A DNA stretch of 64,000 bases from Cyanophora paradoxa CCMP329. Its lineage: Eukaryota; Plantae; Glaucophyta. A program made the position numbers and the translations under genes. Where the stretch lies: the NCBI GenBank assembly GCA_004431415.1, contig QPMI01000494.1, forward strand, positions 248,001 to 312,000, given 5' to 3'. This document shows, piece by piece, positions 53,073 through 64,000 of this stretch. Position 1 is the stretch's first letter. Every line of letters begins with the position of its first letter. The notes under the pieces are model-generated. The model was not told the DNA's origin, searched no databases, and was given only the letters and a program-made list of their open reading frames with translations.

Positions 53073-56000
53073 ATGAGCGGCAAGCCTCGCGTGGTCATCA
53101 TTGGTGCGCGCCGTTGGTTAGGCCCCGCGCCGCGCGGCACGCGAAGCGGCTCCGAGCCGCTCTCCCCGGGCGCGCCGGGCCTCCTCCCGCCGCTTCCGGG
53201 TCCCTCGCATGTAGTTATCCGCGGCTAGCGTGCAACCTCCTGTCCTCCCGCGGGCCGGCCGGACTGCGCGTGCCGGGCCGCCGAGCAGCGGCACGCGCAT
53301 CGGCTCCTAGCCGCGCCGCACCCCTCCGCACATTCCGCCAGCTCAGGCACCCTCCATAGCTAACAACAACACAGCCGAGCTTGCCCGGTCGCTCATCGTG
53401 CGCTCCCTCCTTTCGCAGGCGGCGGCTTCGCGGGCGCGAAGCTCGCGCGGATCCTCGAGAAGGTCGCACATGTGACGCTCATCGAGGCGAAGACGTACTT
53501 CGAGCACAACCTGGCGATCCCGCGGGCCCTCGTCAACGAGAACTACGTCCCGCACATTCTGGTAGACCACCGCGAGTACCTGGGGTGAGGGCGACCGAGC
53601 CGCGCGTGCTTGCCTGGGCATGCGGCGGTGTCGCTCAAAGTTCTCATTTCCGTTCCTCCTCCTGCTCCGCCGCCGCCGCCGCAGCTCGACCTACATTATC
53701 GTCGGCCGCGGTCCGCCGGCTCTCTTTCCTTCCACCCTCCGTTCCTCCAACTTCCCGTCTGAGATTCGCTTTCCTTCGCTTTCCTCGCCGCAGTCGAGGA
53801 GGTCCGGCCGGAGGGCGTGCGCGTCCAGAACCGGGTGCGCGCCATCCGTCTACATTTGAATCTCGAATTTGATCTCGGATTCGATCCGAATTTGATCTCC
53901 TCCTTTCTGCACGTCAGGCCGACCCGGTGCCCTACGACTTCCTGGTGGTCGCCACGGGCCTCTCGTACGGGCCCTGGAAGGCACTAGAGTCCACACGGGA
54001 GGAGCGCGTCCAGACCCTCCAGAGCTTCCGCGACCAGGTGCGGGGGGAAGAAGGAAGGGGTGGCGCGCCGCTCTGGGCGCTTGGGTCTGGAGCTAGCAAG
54101 CTCGCTTGCTACCTGGCAGGGCGGGTGGGTCCCTGGGCCGAGGGGGCTCCGCCTGCGCTGCCGGCGGCCCGGCATCCAGCGGAACTAGCTGGATGCCTAG
54201 CTAGCCAGCCATCCGGGCTCGCTCGCTCGCTTCTTCTCGAGCTTGCGGCTCACGCTCGCTGTCCGACAGCTGCGGAACGCAAGCGAACTATCTAGGATCC
54301 TCCCGACTAGCCCCTTTTTAAGGTCCTTTAAAGGCTAAAGTTCGTGATGCTCTAAGGTCCTTAAAGAGGTCGCTACAGATCTGATTCGCCGTTCGGACAG
54401 CTGCGTAACGCGGGGCGGGTGCTGGTGGTGGGCGGGCGCTCGACGGGCGTCGAGATCGCCGGCGAGCTCCTCGCCGCCGACCCCCGCAAGCAGGTCAGAT
54501 CGGATCAAGTTAACCCCTTTAACGACCTTAGAGCCTTAAGAACTTGAGCTTCTAAAGGACCTTAAAAACGGGCCTTACAAGGGCCCTCCCCGCGAGGCTC
54601 CTCCTGCCGCCCTCGCGCTACCCTTTTCCTTTCTTCCTTCTGCCTCCGCTGCCGCCGCTGCCGACTCCGCCTTGGCACCCGTGGGTCTAGACCCAGACGC
54701 CCCCGCCGCCTCCAGCCCGGCCCAAGGCCCTCCCGCTTCCTGGCTGGCTAGCTAGCTAGCGCCTGGCGCCTCCTAGGAGGCACCAGGGACTATCGGGGTG
54801 ATCCTGGCTAGCTAGCTAGCGCCTGGCGGCCCCCTTGCTAGTTTCCCACAGCCCCCGCCTAGGGATCCTACACCGGCCGAAGCCGGGGGCGGCCCGCCTT
54901 GCTAGCTCCCCTGCCTAGCCTAGGGACCCAGGATCGACCCGCCGCCGCATCCCCGCCGCTGATCGATCGCGCGCCCGCCCTCCCGCCCGTCTGCCCGCAG
55001 GTCACCATCGTCCACTCCGGGCCCAGGCTGCTGGCGAGCTTTCTCCCCCCCCCTCCCTCCCCCCCGCCCTGACCCCTCTACCCCCCCTTCCCTCCCCTCA
55101 GGACGACATGGCGTCGGAGAAGGCGCAGGCGCACGCCGAGAAGTTCTTCGCCTCCCGCAACGCCAAGGTCCGTTGAACCTTAGGATCTAATCTAAGTCTA
55201 AGATCTTAAATCCCCGGCCTAGGACCTTAAGAAGATATAGGACCTTAGAATCGTGCCAACGCCAAGGTCCGTTTAACCCTCCCTGGGACCTTGCCATAGG
55301 ATGCGCCTTAGGGACCTTGGCCCCCCCGCCTCCTTTCTCCCTCCTTCCCCTCCAGAGCTTCTTCTTTCTAGGTGTATCCTAGCTAGCTAGCTAGCTAACG
55401 CTATCTTGCTAGTCTCCTCCGTCCGTCGCTCCTCACAATTGGGACCTCCTTATAGTAGATGGGGCCTTCGGACCTTCCCGGCCACCCCGGCCTATATATA
55501 GCTAGCATCCTAAGATCTTTCTCTTTGGAATTTCCTTGAGCTTTCCGGGCCTTCTGCCCTGACGAGCCGGCCGCTCCCGGGCCCGGCCCACTCGAGCTCC
55601 CCCCATTCTTCCCCCGCCTGACTGGGGCCGCGCTCAGGTGATCTGCAACGACCGGATCGAGGGCCTCAAGCCCGGCATCGTCGGCGGCACCCGCAACTAC
55701 AGGACCAAGTGCGCGGCTAGGCCAGGCTAGGCTAGGCTGGGCTCGGAGGAGAGAAGCTTGGCGGCTTAGCTTTAACCGGGGACAAGGGCCTTAGCTTAGG
55801 TCAAGCTTTCTCCTTGGGACGTTAGCTCCTCCTTGGGAAGAAGAAGCTTATAATTAGGGCCCTTAATTAAGGAAGTCAATTTTGTAGTTTCCTTGGGACG
55901 TTAGCTCCTTCCAGGATCTTCTTCTTTAGGACGCTAAGCTTCTTCCTCCTCTTCGCAGCGCGGGGGTAGACGTCGCCGCGGACGTCACCGTCGTCGCCAT

Positions 56001-56893
56001 CGGGGGGGGGACGCCCAACTCGGGCTTCATGCGCGCCGCGTTCCCCCAGACGCTGGTACCCCCCCCCCCCGACCAGTCCCCCCCCCCTTCCCTGTCTTTT
56101 CTAATCGCCTTTCTAATAACAGGACGCGACCGGCCGCATCCGCGTCGAGAAGACCCTCCAGGTCCGCGGATGCGTACCCCCCTGAACTCCCCCCTCTGAT
56201 TCTGTACCCCCCAGGTCGTGGGCCAGCCGAACATCTTCTGCATCGGCGACGTGAGCGATTTCCCCGACGGGCGGAAGGTACCCCTACCCTTCCACCCCCC
56301 CCCCCCCCCCCCCCCCCGCCAGAGCTTTGGAGCCTCAAGCCCAGCCCAGCCTAGCCTAGCCTCTAGCCTCTAGCCTCTAGCATATAGCTACGATTTCCCC
56401 GGCGCTCACTCACCGGCCGGGCGGGCTGCAGGGCGCGTACGCGGCGCAGCTGCACGCGGACGTTTGCGGCAAGAACATCGAGCGTCTGATTAAGAAGGGT
56501 AAATTTGATTCGGATTCGATCTCGTATCATATCACTGATGAACTTGTTTGTCGCGCGCGAAGGCGCCGGCGCGAAGCTGAGGGAGCACAAGCCGGCGCCG
56601 GCCGGGGGACTGGTCACCCTCGGCCCGGGCGACGGCATCCTTTCCTTCCCGAAGTGAGCGTTCCCCTCCCCTACAAGGGCGTTCGCCTGAACGTTCCTCC
56701 GAAGGTTTACGGCGACGGGCTGGCTCCCCCGCGCCATCAAATCGAAGGACATGTTCGTCAAGTCGATGGTACCCCCCTTCACCTTCTTCCCCCTCCCTTC
56801 CCACCTTCCTCCTGTGTTCTGAGCTTCCGTTTGGCCTCTCGTCCGCAGCGGAAGGGCGTGCTTGGGCTCAAGACCCCCAAGATCGAGCAGTAG
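53073..56893 (+). CDS. AIFM2/FSP1(AMID)-like FAD-dependent pyridine nucleotide oxidoreductase
   Basis: RVVIIGGGFAG, YDFLVVATG, VLVVGGRSTGVEIAGEL, VTIVHSGPRLL, PNIFCIGD, LVTLGPGDG and IKSKDMFV. Confidence 0.9.
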
Positions 56894-57980
56894 GGCGCGC
56901 GCGGCCGGGCCGCGGCGCCGGCCGCGCGGCCGCGGGCAGGGCAGGCGCCGCCGCCAGCGGCCGCCGGCCGCCCAGCCTCTCTCTTCTACTTGCGGGCCGG
57001 TCCAGTCGAGTAGACGAGAGATCAATTCCCAGTCGTCGCTCCTTCGTCGGTTACTTTGTTAGCCCTCAGGGCTTCACGATCAGGCCAGCGCCCCGAGTTC
57101 TATTGATTTATCGTACTAAATTTAATAGCGCTCTTAAGGCTTTATTTCAAGGTGTAGATGTAGCTAGATCCCCCTCCAGTGCATGATACTTCTCCCTGCA
57201 ACAGTGTAATACGTTAACTTTATTGACGTGTCCGACGGTATTATTAATACAATTGCAATCGCAAAGTACCAAAACGTGCCGCTTAAGCTCGATCGCCGGG
57301 CCCGGGCGCTAGGCCATGCGCCATGCAGCTGCAGAATGATGCAGGCCCTTCAAAAAATTTGGCGCCGCGGCGCGACCTGAGCCCTCGAGATCGCTGTCAG
57401 TGTGAGCTAAAAAGTACTCGGCTCGATCGCCAGCTCGAGTAAGTGATCGACATTTCGCACGCCGGGCGCCGGCGCCAGCGGCCGCGCAGGCGCCCGGCGC
57501 TGCGGTCGCGGTACCGGTACGTATACGTATATACGTATACGCCGCGCCGTGACGCGCGGGCCCGGCCGCGGCCCGGCAGGCCGGCGCCGCGGCGCGGGGA
57601 TCCGGGAGCTTGGAGCGGGGACCGGCCCGGCGGCCGCGGGCGTGCGCCGCGCCGGGGCCCGCCAGGCTGGGACCGGACCTGCGATCGGTCCGAAGCGCTA
57701 GCGCGCGCGCGCCAGCTGCAGGCCTAGGGCCATAGCCTAGTAGCGCGCGCCATGCATGCGCATCTGCCGGCGCCGGCGGCGCTACGACCTAAATCTACAT
57801 CGCCGAGTCGGCGGGACATATATACGGAGCGGCGGCGGCGCCGGCGCCGCGCGGCGCTCCGTCGTCGCAGCGCTGAGATCGAGGCCTAGGGCCGGGTTCC
57901 GGGCGGGACCGGGCCGGGCCGGGGGGTACCGTTTCAGGGGTCCGACCACCTGATTATGATCGACGCCACCTGATAGCGGG

Positions 57981-60900
57981 ATGTTCGACTCTTTCAGCCT
58001 GAAGGCCCTGCACTTGAAGGACCTGGCCACCGGGCTCTCCGCCGCCTGCGTCGCGCTCTCGCCGGTCCGAACTTTCCGCGAAGTTCTAGATCTAGCGTCC
58101 ATGAAGGGGTTCGATGCCGTGCGATTGGCGCGTAGGCTCACTTCGAATCCGGATCGCGCAGGATGGGTCCGTCGTCGCGACGAGCAAGGGCGGCGGCTGC
58201 AGCGTACGTGTGTTCAAGACAGAGACCGGCGAGCTCCTGCAGGTCTTGAAGCACCACAAGCGTTTCGTCACGGCTCTCGCTATCACGCAGGTGCCGCACC
58301 CGCCCGCCCGCGCCCGCGCCCGGCCCGCAGGCCTTAGTTCTAGATCTGATCATATGCATGACCTGGCCCGCGCCGGCCCGGCCCGGCCCGACTGCGTGCA
58401 GGATGGCAAGACGCTTGTTTCTGCCTCTCTGGACGCAGACAGCGCCGCGTGCGCCTGGTCGCTGGCCGCCGCTCCGGGCGAGCAGCCGTCGACCGGGCCA
58501 ACGAAAGTCTTCGCGGACAAGAAGGCCCACACGGACGGCGTGCTTGCGCTCGCGGTCTCGGCCGACGGCCGGCTGCTCGCCACGGGCGGGCGCGACAGGC
58601 TCGTCTGCGTCTGGCGCCTCGACGAGGGCCGCTTCGTCCAGCCGCTCGCCGCCCACTCGGGGGCCGTCCGCTGCCTCGCGTTCTCCGCCGTGCGCACGCG
58701 CTTCCCGCCTCCTCCGAGGCTCCTCGAATCCCTCTTAAGCTTAGGGGTACAGGACGGGAAGGCGCTCGTGTCGGGCGGGGACGACGGCGCGCTCGTCGTC
58801 TGGCGCCAGAACAGCGGCGGCGGGTGGACGCAGGAGAAGCACATCGCGGCGCACGCAGGAGCCGCCTTCTCCGTCGCTGTCAGCCAAGTGCGCGTCCGCC
58901 ATCGACGACGTCGCCTACCGAGCCTAAGCTAGCCTAACTAAGCGCGCAGGACGGGAAGTTCGCATTCTCCGCGGGCGCGGACAAGGCGGTGCGGAAGTGG
59001 GGACTGTCGGGGGCCGCGGTCGCGAAGGCCGAGGGCCACACGGACGCCGTCCTCAGCATCGCCGTATCCCGGGTGCGGCTTCGCCCCACCCCCCCCCCCC
59101 GCCCTCCATCCCCAGCGCCTTCCCCCCCCTCCCCCCCCAACAACAACGCTTGGACTCTACCACTCCCCGACGCTCCCCCTCCTCCTCCCCTTTCCCCCTC
59201 CGGCCCTCCCCCCCTCCCCCCTCCTTCCCACCGCCTCCCCATCGCCTCCCTCCCCTTCCACCCCCCCTCCTCCGCTTCTTTAACCCTCATCCCTCATCGC
59301 TTCGAATTCCCGCGCCCGGCCTCCGCGCCTCCGCCGCCCGACCCCACCCCCCCCCCCCCCCCACCCACCCACCCTCCACCCGCCTTCCCCACGTTGCCCC
59401 CTCCCCTCCTCCGCTTCGATCGTCCGCTTTGAATTCCCTTCCTTATCCCGCCCCTGCCCACCGCCCTCCATACCCCCCTCGCCTCCCCCCCTCGCCTCCA
59501 CCCCCCCACCCACCACCGACCCTCCACCCCAGCCACCCACTCCGCCCTCTCCCCTACCCCTCCCTCACCGTCCCAACCCCACACACCCCACGCCTCCACC
59601 CTCCCCCACCCCACCCCACCCCCTCCCTCCGCCCGCCATCCCCCTTTCCCTCCCCCGCCCTTCTCCTCGCCTGAACATCGCCATGCAGGACGGCTTGAAA
59701 CTGTTCTCCTCGTCGCGGGACAAGACCGTGAGGGAGTGGGAGATCCCGGAGGGTAGCCTTATCGGCCTGGACACGCTCAAGCGGGCCGTGAGCGGCGGCA
59801 TGGAGGAGTGGAAGCTCGTCAACACGCGGCTCAAGACCGATGCCGCCACCTCCCTGAGCCTTTCCAAGGTCCTTGCGGCGTACCCCCTCGAGCTGTATCG
59901 TACCCCCGATATTTTCTGAAGACCGGGTACAGAGCGGGGACCTGCTTGCCGAGGCGGAGGCCGGGGGCCAGGTGGTTCTGACGTGGCGCGCGGCGCGCAA
60001 CGGGGTCGCGCAGCGCGTTATCCCCGTCAGCAACGCGCAGGAAGTGCGTTGTGCCCCCGCTCCCTCCCCTTCCTCCCCTGCCCCCCTCCTCCCCCCCAAC
60101 CCCCCTTCTCCCCTTTTCCGGTCCCCCATCCCTTCCGCCTAGTGCCCTAGTGCGCTGTGCTAACAGTGTCCCAAGCCGCCCCGCCCTCCCTCCTCCCCTC
60201 CCTCCCCTCCCCCCCCCTGCACCCTACACCCTCTTCTCCCCTCCCCCCTTCCCGCCCCGACCCCCCATTCCTGCCCCCCTAATCGCATCAACGCCACCGC
60301 AGGCACCGGCAGCGGCCGCATCAACAGCACCTCCGCCGCAGCCAGCCCCCGCAGCTCCGGCCCCAGCCCCCCCAGCACCCGCATCCCCAGCCCCCTCGAC
60401 CCCTGTCGCCCCAGCTCCCGCCGTCGACGCCTCGCCGAAAGAGGGCCCAGCTGCAGCTGTATTGGCCCAGCCGGAGAGTCCGAGCGCGGCCGCGGGCGCT
60501 GCGGCCGCTGCGCTCGGCGCCGCGAAGCAGCTGATGGATTCGGGCAGCGCGAAGCTGATGGCTGTGAAGGACGACGTCTTCGGGCTTGGCGCCAAGTTCA
60601 AAGGCATGCTGAGGCGCGACAGCGCGCCGGACAAGGCGGCGGAGCCGCAGCCGCAGCCGCAGCTCCAGCCTGAAGCAGGAGACAAGAAGGCGGCGGCGGA
60701 GGTGGAGGCGAAAGCGTCAGAGACGGCGAAAGAGCAGCCGGAGGCAGAGGCTAAGCCTGCGGCGGCAGAGGCTAAGCCTGCGGCGGCAGAGGCTAAGCCA
60801 GCGGCAGCGGAGGCTATGCCAGCGGCGGCGGAGGCTATGCCAGCGGCAGCGGAGGCTAAGCCAGCGGCGGCAGAGGCTAAGCCTGCGGCGGCAGAGGCTA

Positions 60901-61964
60901 AGCCAGCGGCAGCGGAGGCTAATCCGGCGACGGCGGAGGCGGCTCTAGTGCCCACTCACGGCCTTCCTGCTGCCGCGGCAGCAGCGAAGTCGAACGGCGT
61001 CGGCGCTCCGCCCCTGGCCGTCGCCTCCGACGGCAAGCGTTGGGACGTTTTTGTGAGGCGCGTTCTTATGCTTCATTCGGCCCTCCCCTTTTTCATGCTT
61101 TCAATGCGCGCAGCTACGCGCACGTGGACGCTGCGATTGTTTTCCAGTACGCGAAAGCCCTCGAGGCGGCAGGCTTTTCGGTCTGGCGCGCCCTTCGGCC
61201 CCGCCCCGCCCCGCCCCGCCCCTCCCCGCCCCGCCCCGCCCCTCCCCGCCCCGCCCCGCCGTCCTCGCGCCGCTGAGCGTCCGCTCTCCGCAGGATCGAC
61301 CGCGAGCTGAAGACTGGCCAGCGCTGGATGGCCAAGATCGGCGTGCGCCATGACCCCCCTCCCCCCCGCAACTGTTTCGCCTTCCATCGGTAATCATATG
61401 AGGGCTTCCGCAGGATGCGATGGGCATCTGCCGTGCCTTTCTTTTATTCCTCTCCCCCGCCTACGTCGCCTCCAAGAACTGTCCGTACCCCCCTCGCCTC
61501 TTCCCCCCCCAGATTTGATCGCGCGGCAGGCGACGACGAGCTGCAGTACGCGCACCACCAGCTGCGCCTCCCCAAGTTCCCCGTCTGGATCGCCGACCCC
61601 AAGACCGTCGTCCTCCCCACCGACTACCGCATGGCGAGTTTGGCTCAGTTTTAGCCCAAGCACTAGTACTTGTTAATTAGACAAGCACTAGACAAGCCGA
61701 AGCACTAGTGCATGGCAAGCTTAGGCCCCATCTGAGCGTGACTCTACGTTGATTAGAGCCTTCTGAATCGATATCCCCATCCGAGCCTTGACTAGGCAAG
61801 CACTTCAGCGGCTGACGTCGCCGCAGATGATGGCCTCGGTGAACTGGCTCCAGCAGCAGGACGGGGAGATCGCCGCCGCCGTCGACGCAGCCTGCGCGAA
61901 GCTCATCGACGGCCTCCGGGACGCCGGCCTCCCGGGGCCCGCCTGCGGCCCCGCCGGGCCCTAG
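57981..61964 (+). CDS. WD40-repeat + Ala/Pro/Glu linker + C-terminal TIR (TIR_2-like) domain protein
   Basis: Six WD40 repeats (e.g. AHTDGVLALAVSADGRLLATGGRDRLVCVW). Spliced TIR reads WDVFVSYAHVD..LEAAGFSVWIDRELKTGQRWMAKIGDAMGICRAFLLFLSPAYVASKNCDDELQYA..KFPVWI. Confidence 0.88.
60744..60932 (+). repeat. 21-bp coding minisatellite, 9 x AEA(K/M/N)PAA
   Basis: GCAGAGGCTAAGCCTGCGGCG units read directly. Confidence 0.95.
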
Positions 61965-62736
61965 CCACGGCCCGCCCTGGCCGGGCTGGCCCGGCACACG
62001 AACTCGCGGAGGCGATTTCAGTGTTCACCGTATTCCATTTTCTTATATAATTTTAACTTGTCGGGAAGAGGCATCGTCCCAAGAGGTTTGTTTTCGATCT
62101 GTTTTCGATCCTTGATCGTGGTCCTTGAGAATGTTCTCATTTCATCGTATATTTAAATTTTCCAAAACGTGTCCGAGCGAGGAGCCGGGAGCACGGGTGT
62201 ATCGGTGGGGCCTTGCATCGTATCGGACCGGTACCCCCGGTGGAGGGAAGAAGGGGGACGGGGGGTACGTATACGTCGCTGACAGGCATTGGCACGGCGG
62301 CCTTGCTCACTCTCGACATTAATTATATATGTAATTAATATTTGTTCCAATTGGATCAGCGCCCCGCCGGCGCCGGCGCCGCCCCCACATATTTAGCGAC
62401 CCATGCATGCGTCGACCCAGACCATCGGACCGGAGCGGCGCCGCAGCGCGCGCGCCGGGGCGCCAGGGCCAGGGCTAGGTGCCAGTCATACATATACATA
62501 TGCATGCACACCTGCGAAGCACCCCCCTCCTCCCCCCCTCCCGCCCTCCCATCCGCCCGCCATCCCCCGCCCCTTCCCGCCTCCCCTCCCCCATAGCTAG
62601 ACGCCCCCCCCCCCCCCCCCCCCCGCCAACCCTCCCCCCCCCCCCTTCCCGGCCCCGTCGACGTCCCTCTGTCTGCTTTACCGGCTCTGTCTGCTTCACT
62701 CTGCTTCGATTCAAACGTTGAATTATGAGATCGTTT

Positions 62737-63535
62737 TCGGCCTTGGGGAAAGGAGAGGCCCTTAGGTCTGTTGGTCACTTGTCACAAAATTTTAGAAAGC
62801 GAAATTCGTATATCTGAAGACACCTACTACCCCATTTTAGACTCTGGGGAGCACGATGGTCCGGCCCGTTTTCCTATGAGAGGCCTCTAATGGGCAGTAA
62901 CAGCACGTCGAAAAGCACAGAAAAGCATTTTCCCGGAAAAAAATAGAAAGCGCAAATCACATTGGCCTTCCAAGTCGAAATTTGAAAATTATTAATTTGA
63001 AGAGACCGCACCCCATTCGCTAGGAAATAGTTTCCAAATTAACGGAGAGCCACGTGGCCGGCCAGCAAATTTGTATGAGTCAGGGTCGTTGTCACAGTGT
63101 GTGCCACGAGGTGGGTTTTAAATATACTTGATGCGTTAGTTGAAAGATTATCAAAATAAACAATTTAAACAGAGCCTTATTACTACGAATTACATTCAAA
63201 TGATTCATAGATAATTATCAACCACCTCCAAAAAGCGCCGAAAGTCGTTTTCATTCAGCTGAGACGACCAATGGGCCCCTCGGGGCCTGTACTCGGTACA
63301 ACTGCGGCCGATTGGGCCCCGCATCGATATCGATATCTGTACCCTTGCGGCACAACTCTGTACCCTCTCACTTGAGTGTGTACCCTTGCCGAGTATACGT
63401 AGACCCCTCTGTTTCTCCTCCCCCCTCCCCCGTAACCGCGCGCGGTTGCGGGCCCCCGTTAAAAAACAAAGAGCTGCCACCCTCACGCCTTGAAGCCCCA
63501 AGACCCAAGGCCACTCCTGCTACGCAGGGACTCGC
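62737..63535 (+). repeat. Dispersed repeat B copy lacking the Helentron-like insertion
   Basis: Reverse-complement homology to 30762-31182 and 28670-28931. Confidence 0.85.
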
Positions 63536-64000
63536 TTGTCATCACTTCTTCCAATGCTCTCCTCGCTGTCCCCTTCTTGGGGCCGGGTCCTCTGCGGTTC
63601 GGCCCCTGGATGAACAACGAAGGATCGGCTTCTGCGTCGAGCGGATCGCGAAACAACAAATTGAATAACCCTCTGGCAAGAAAATGTGCAATGCGATAGA
63701 ATAGAAGATTTCCTCTGTGATTTCTGCCGGCCATGGGACAGGCCCGCGGCCGCGCGCGACCGCCCGGCCCCGCCTCAAGCTTTCTTGAATATCTGGATCC
63801 GAAAGCCGCGGCCGAGGCCTAGACGGAGACAATACGTCTAAAGATAGAACTGAGGTATCCGTAAAGTGCACGTGTCAAGTCGAGAGATGCGCCTACTGGT
63901 TACGCCGTGCCGGGAACCTATCAGCCATCGCGGCCGAGTATAGCTAGAGCCACCCAGGAAAGTGCGCGTGCGCTAGATCGGAATTCGATTGCATATAGAT

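Noticed and set aside
58997-59674. Pro-rich extensin-like ORFs
   Set aside because: They lie within a C-rich intron of the WD40-TIR gene.
63540-64000. Possible coding or TE extension at the window end
   Set aside because: Only short ORFs with no recognisable motif, and the context is truncated.

Overview
GC-rich, very intron-dense eukaryotic nuclear DNA with short introns, GTGCGC-type donors, frequent GC donors and many micro-exons. A flagellar gene (IFT22) plus an MAF-starting plastid transit peptide without a signal peptide suggest a flagellated primary-plastid alga such as a glaucophyte (inference). Exon structures were reconstructed by hand. Genes: a giant 5'-truncated REJ/GPS single-pass receptor with about 26 FN3-like repeats after the TM (to 18037), TOP6A/SPO11-3, two secreted proteins (ricin-like/Ser-Pro and LamG-like), a CDGSH/NEET protein, IFT22, an AKT/Shaker-like cNBD-ankyrin channel with an aberrant filter (TSMGPGS), an AIFM2/FSP1-like oxidoreductase, a WD40-TIR protein and several unknowns. 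A TE cluster at 27.4-34.3 kb holds two hAT MITE families with 8-bp TSDs (one self-nested) and a Helentron/Helitron2-like element carrying a spliced ORF. The most striking signal comes from comparing paralogous copies within the window: a recurrent, precise 6-bp insertion XYZ -> XYZ-revcomp(XYZ)-XYZ, in both coding and non-coding DNA, which would explain the palindrome-saturated texture of the sequence.
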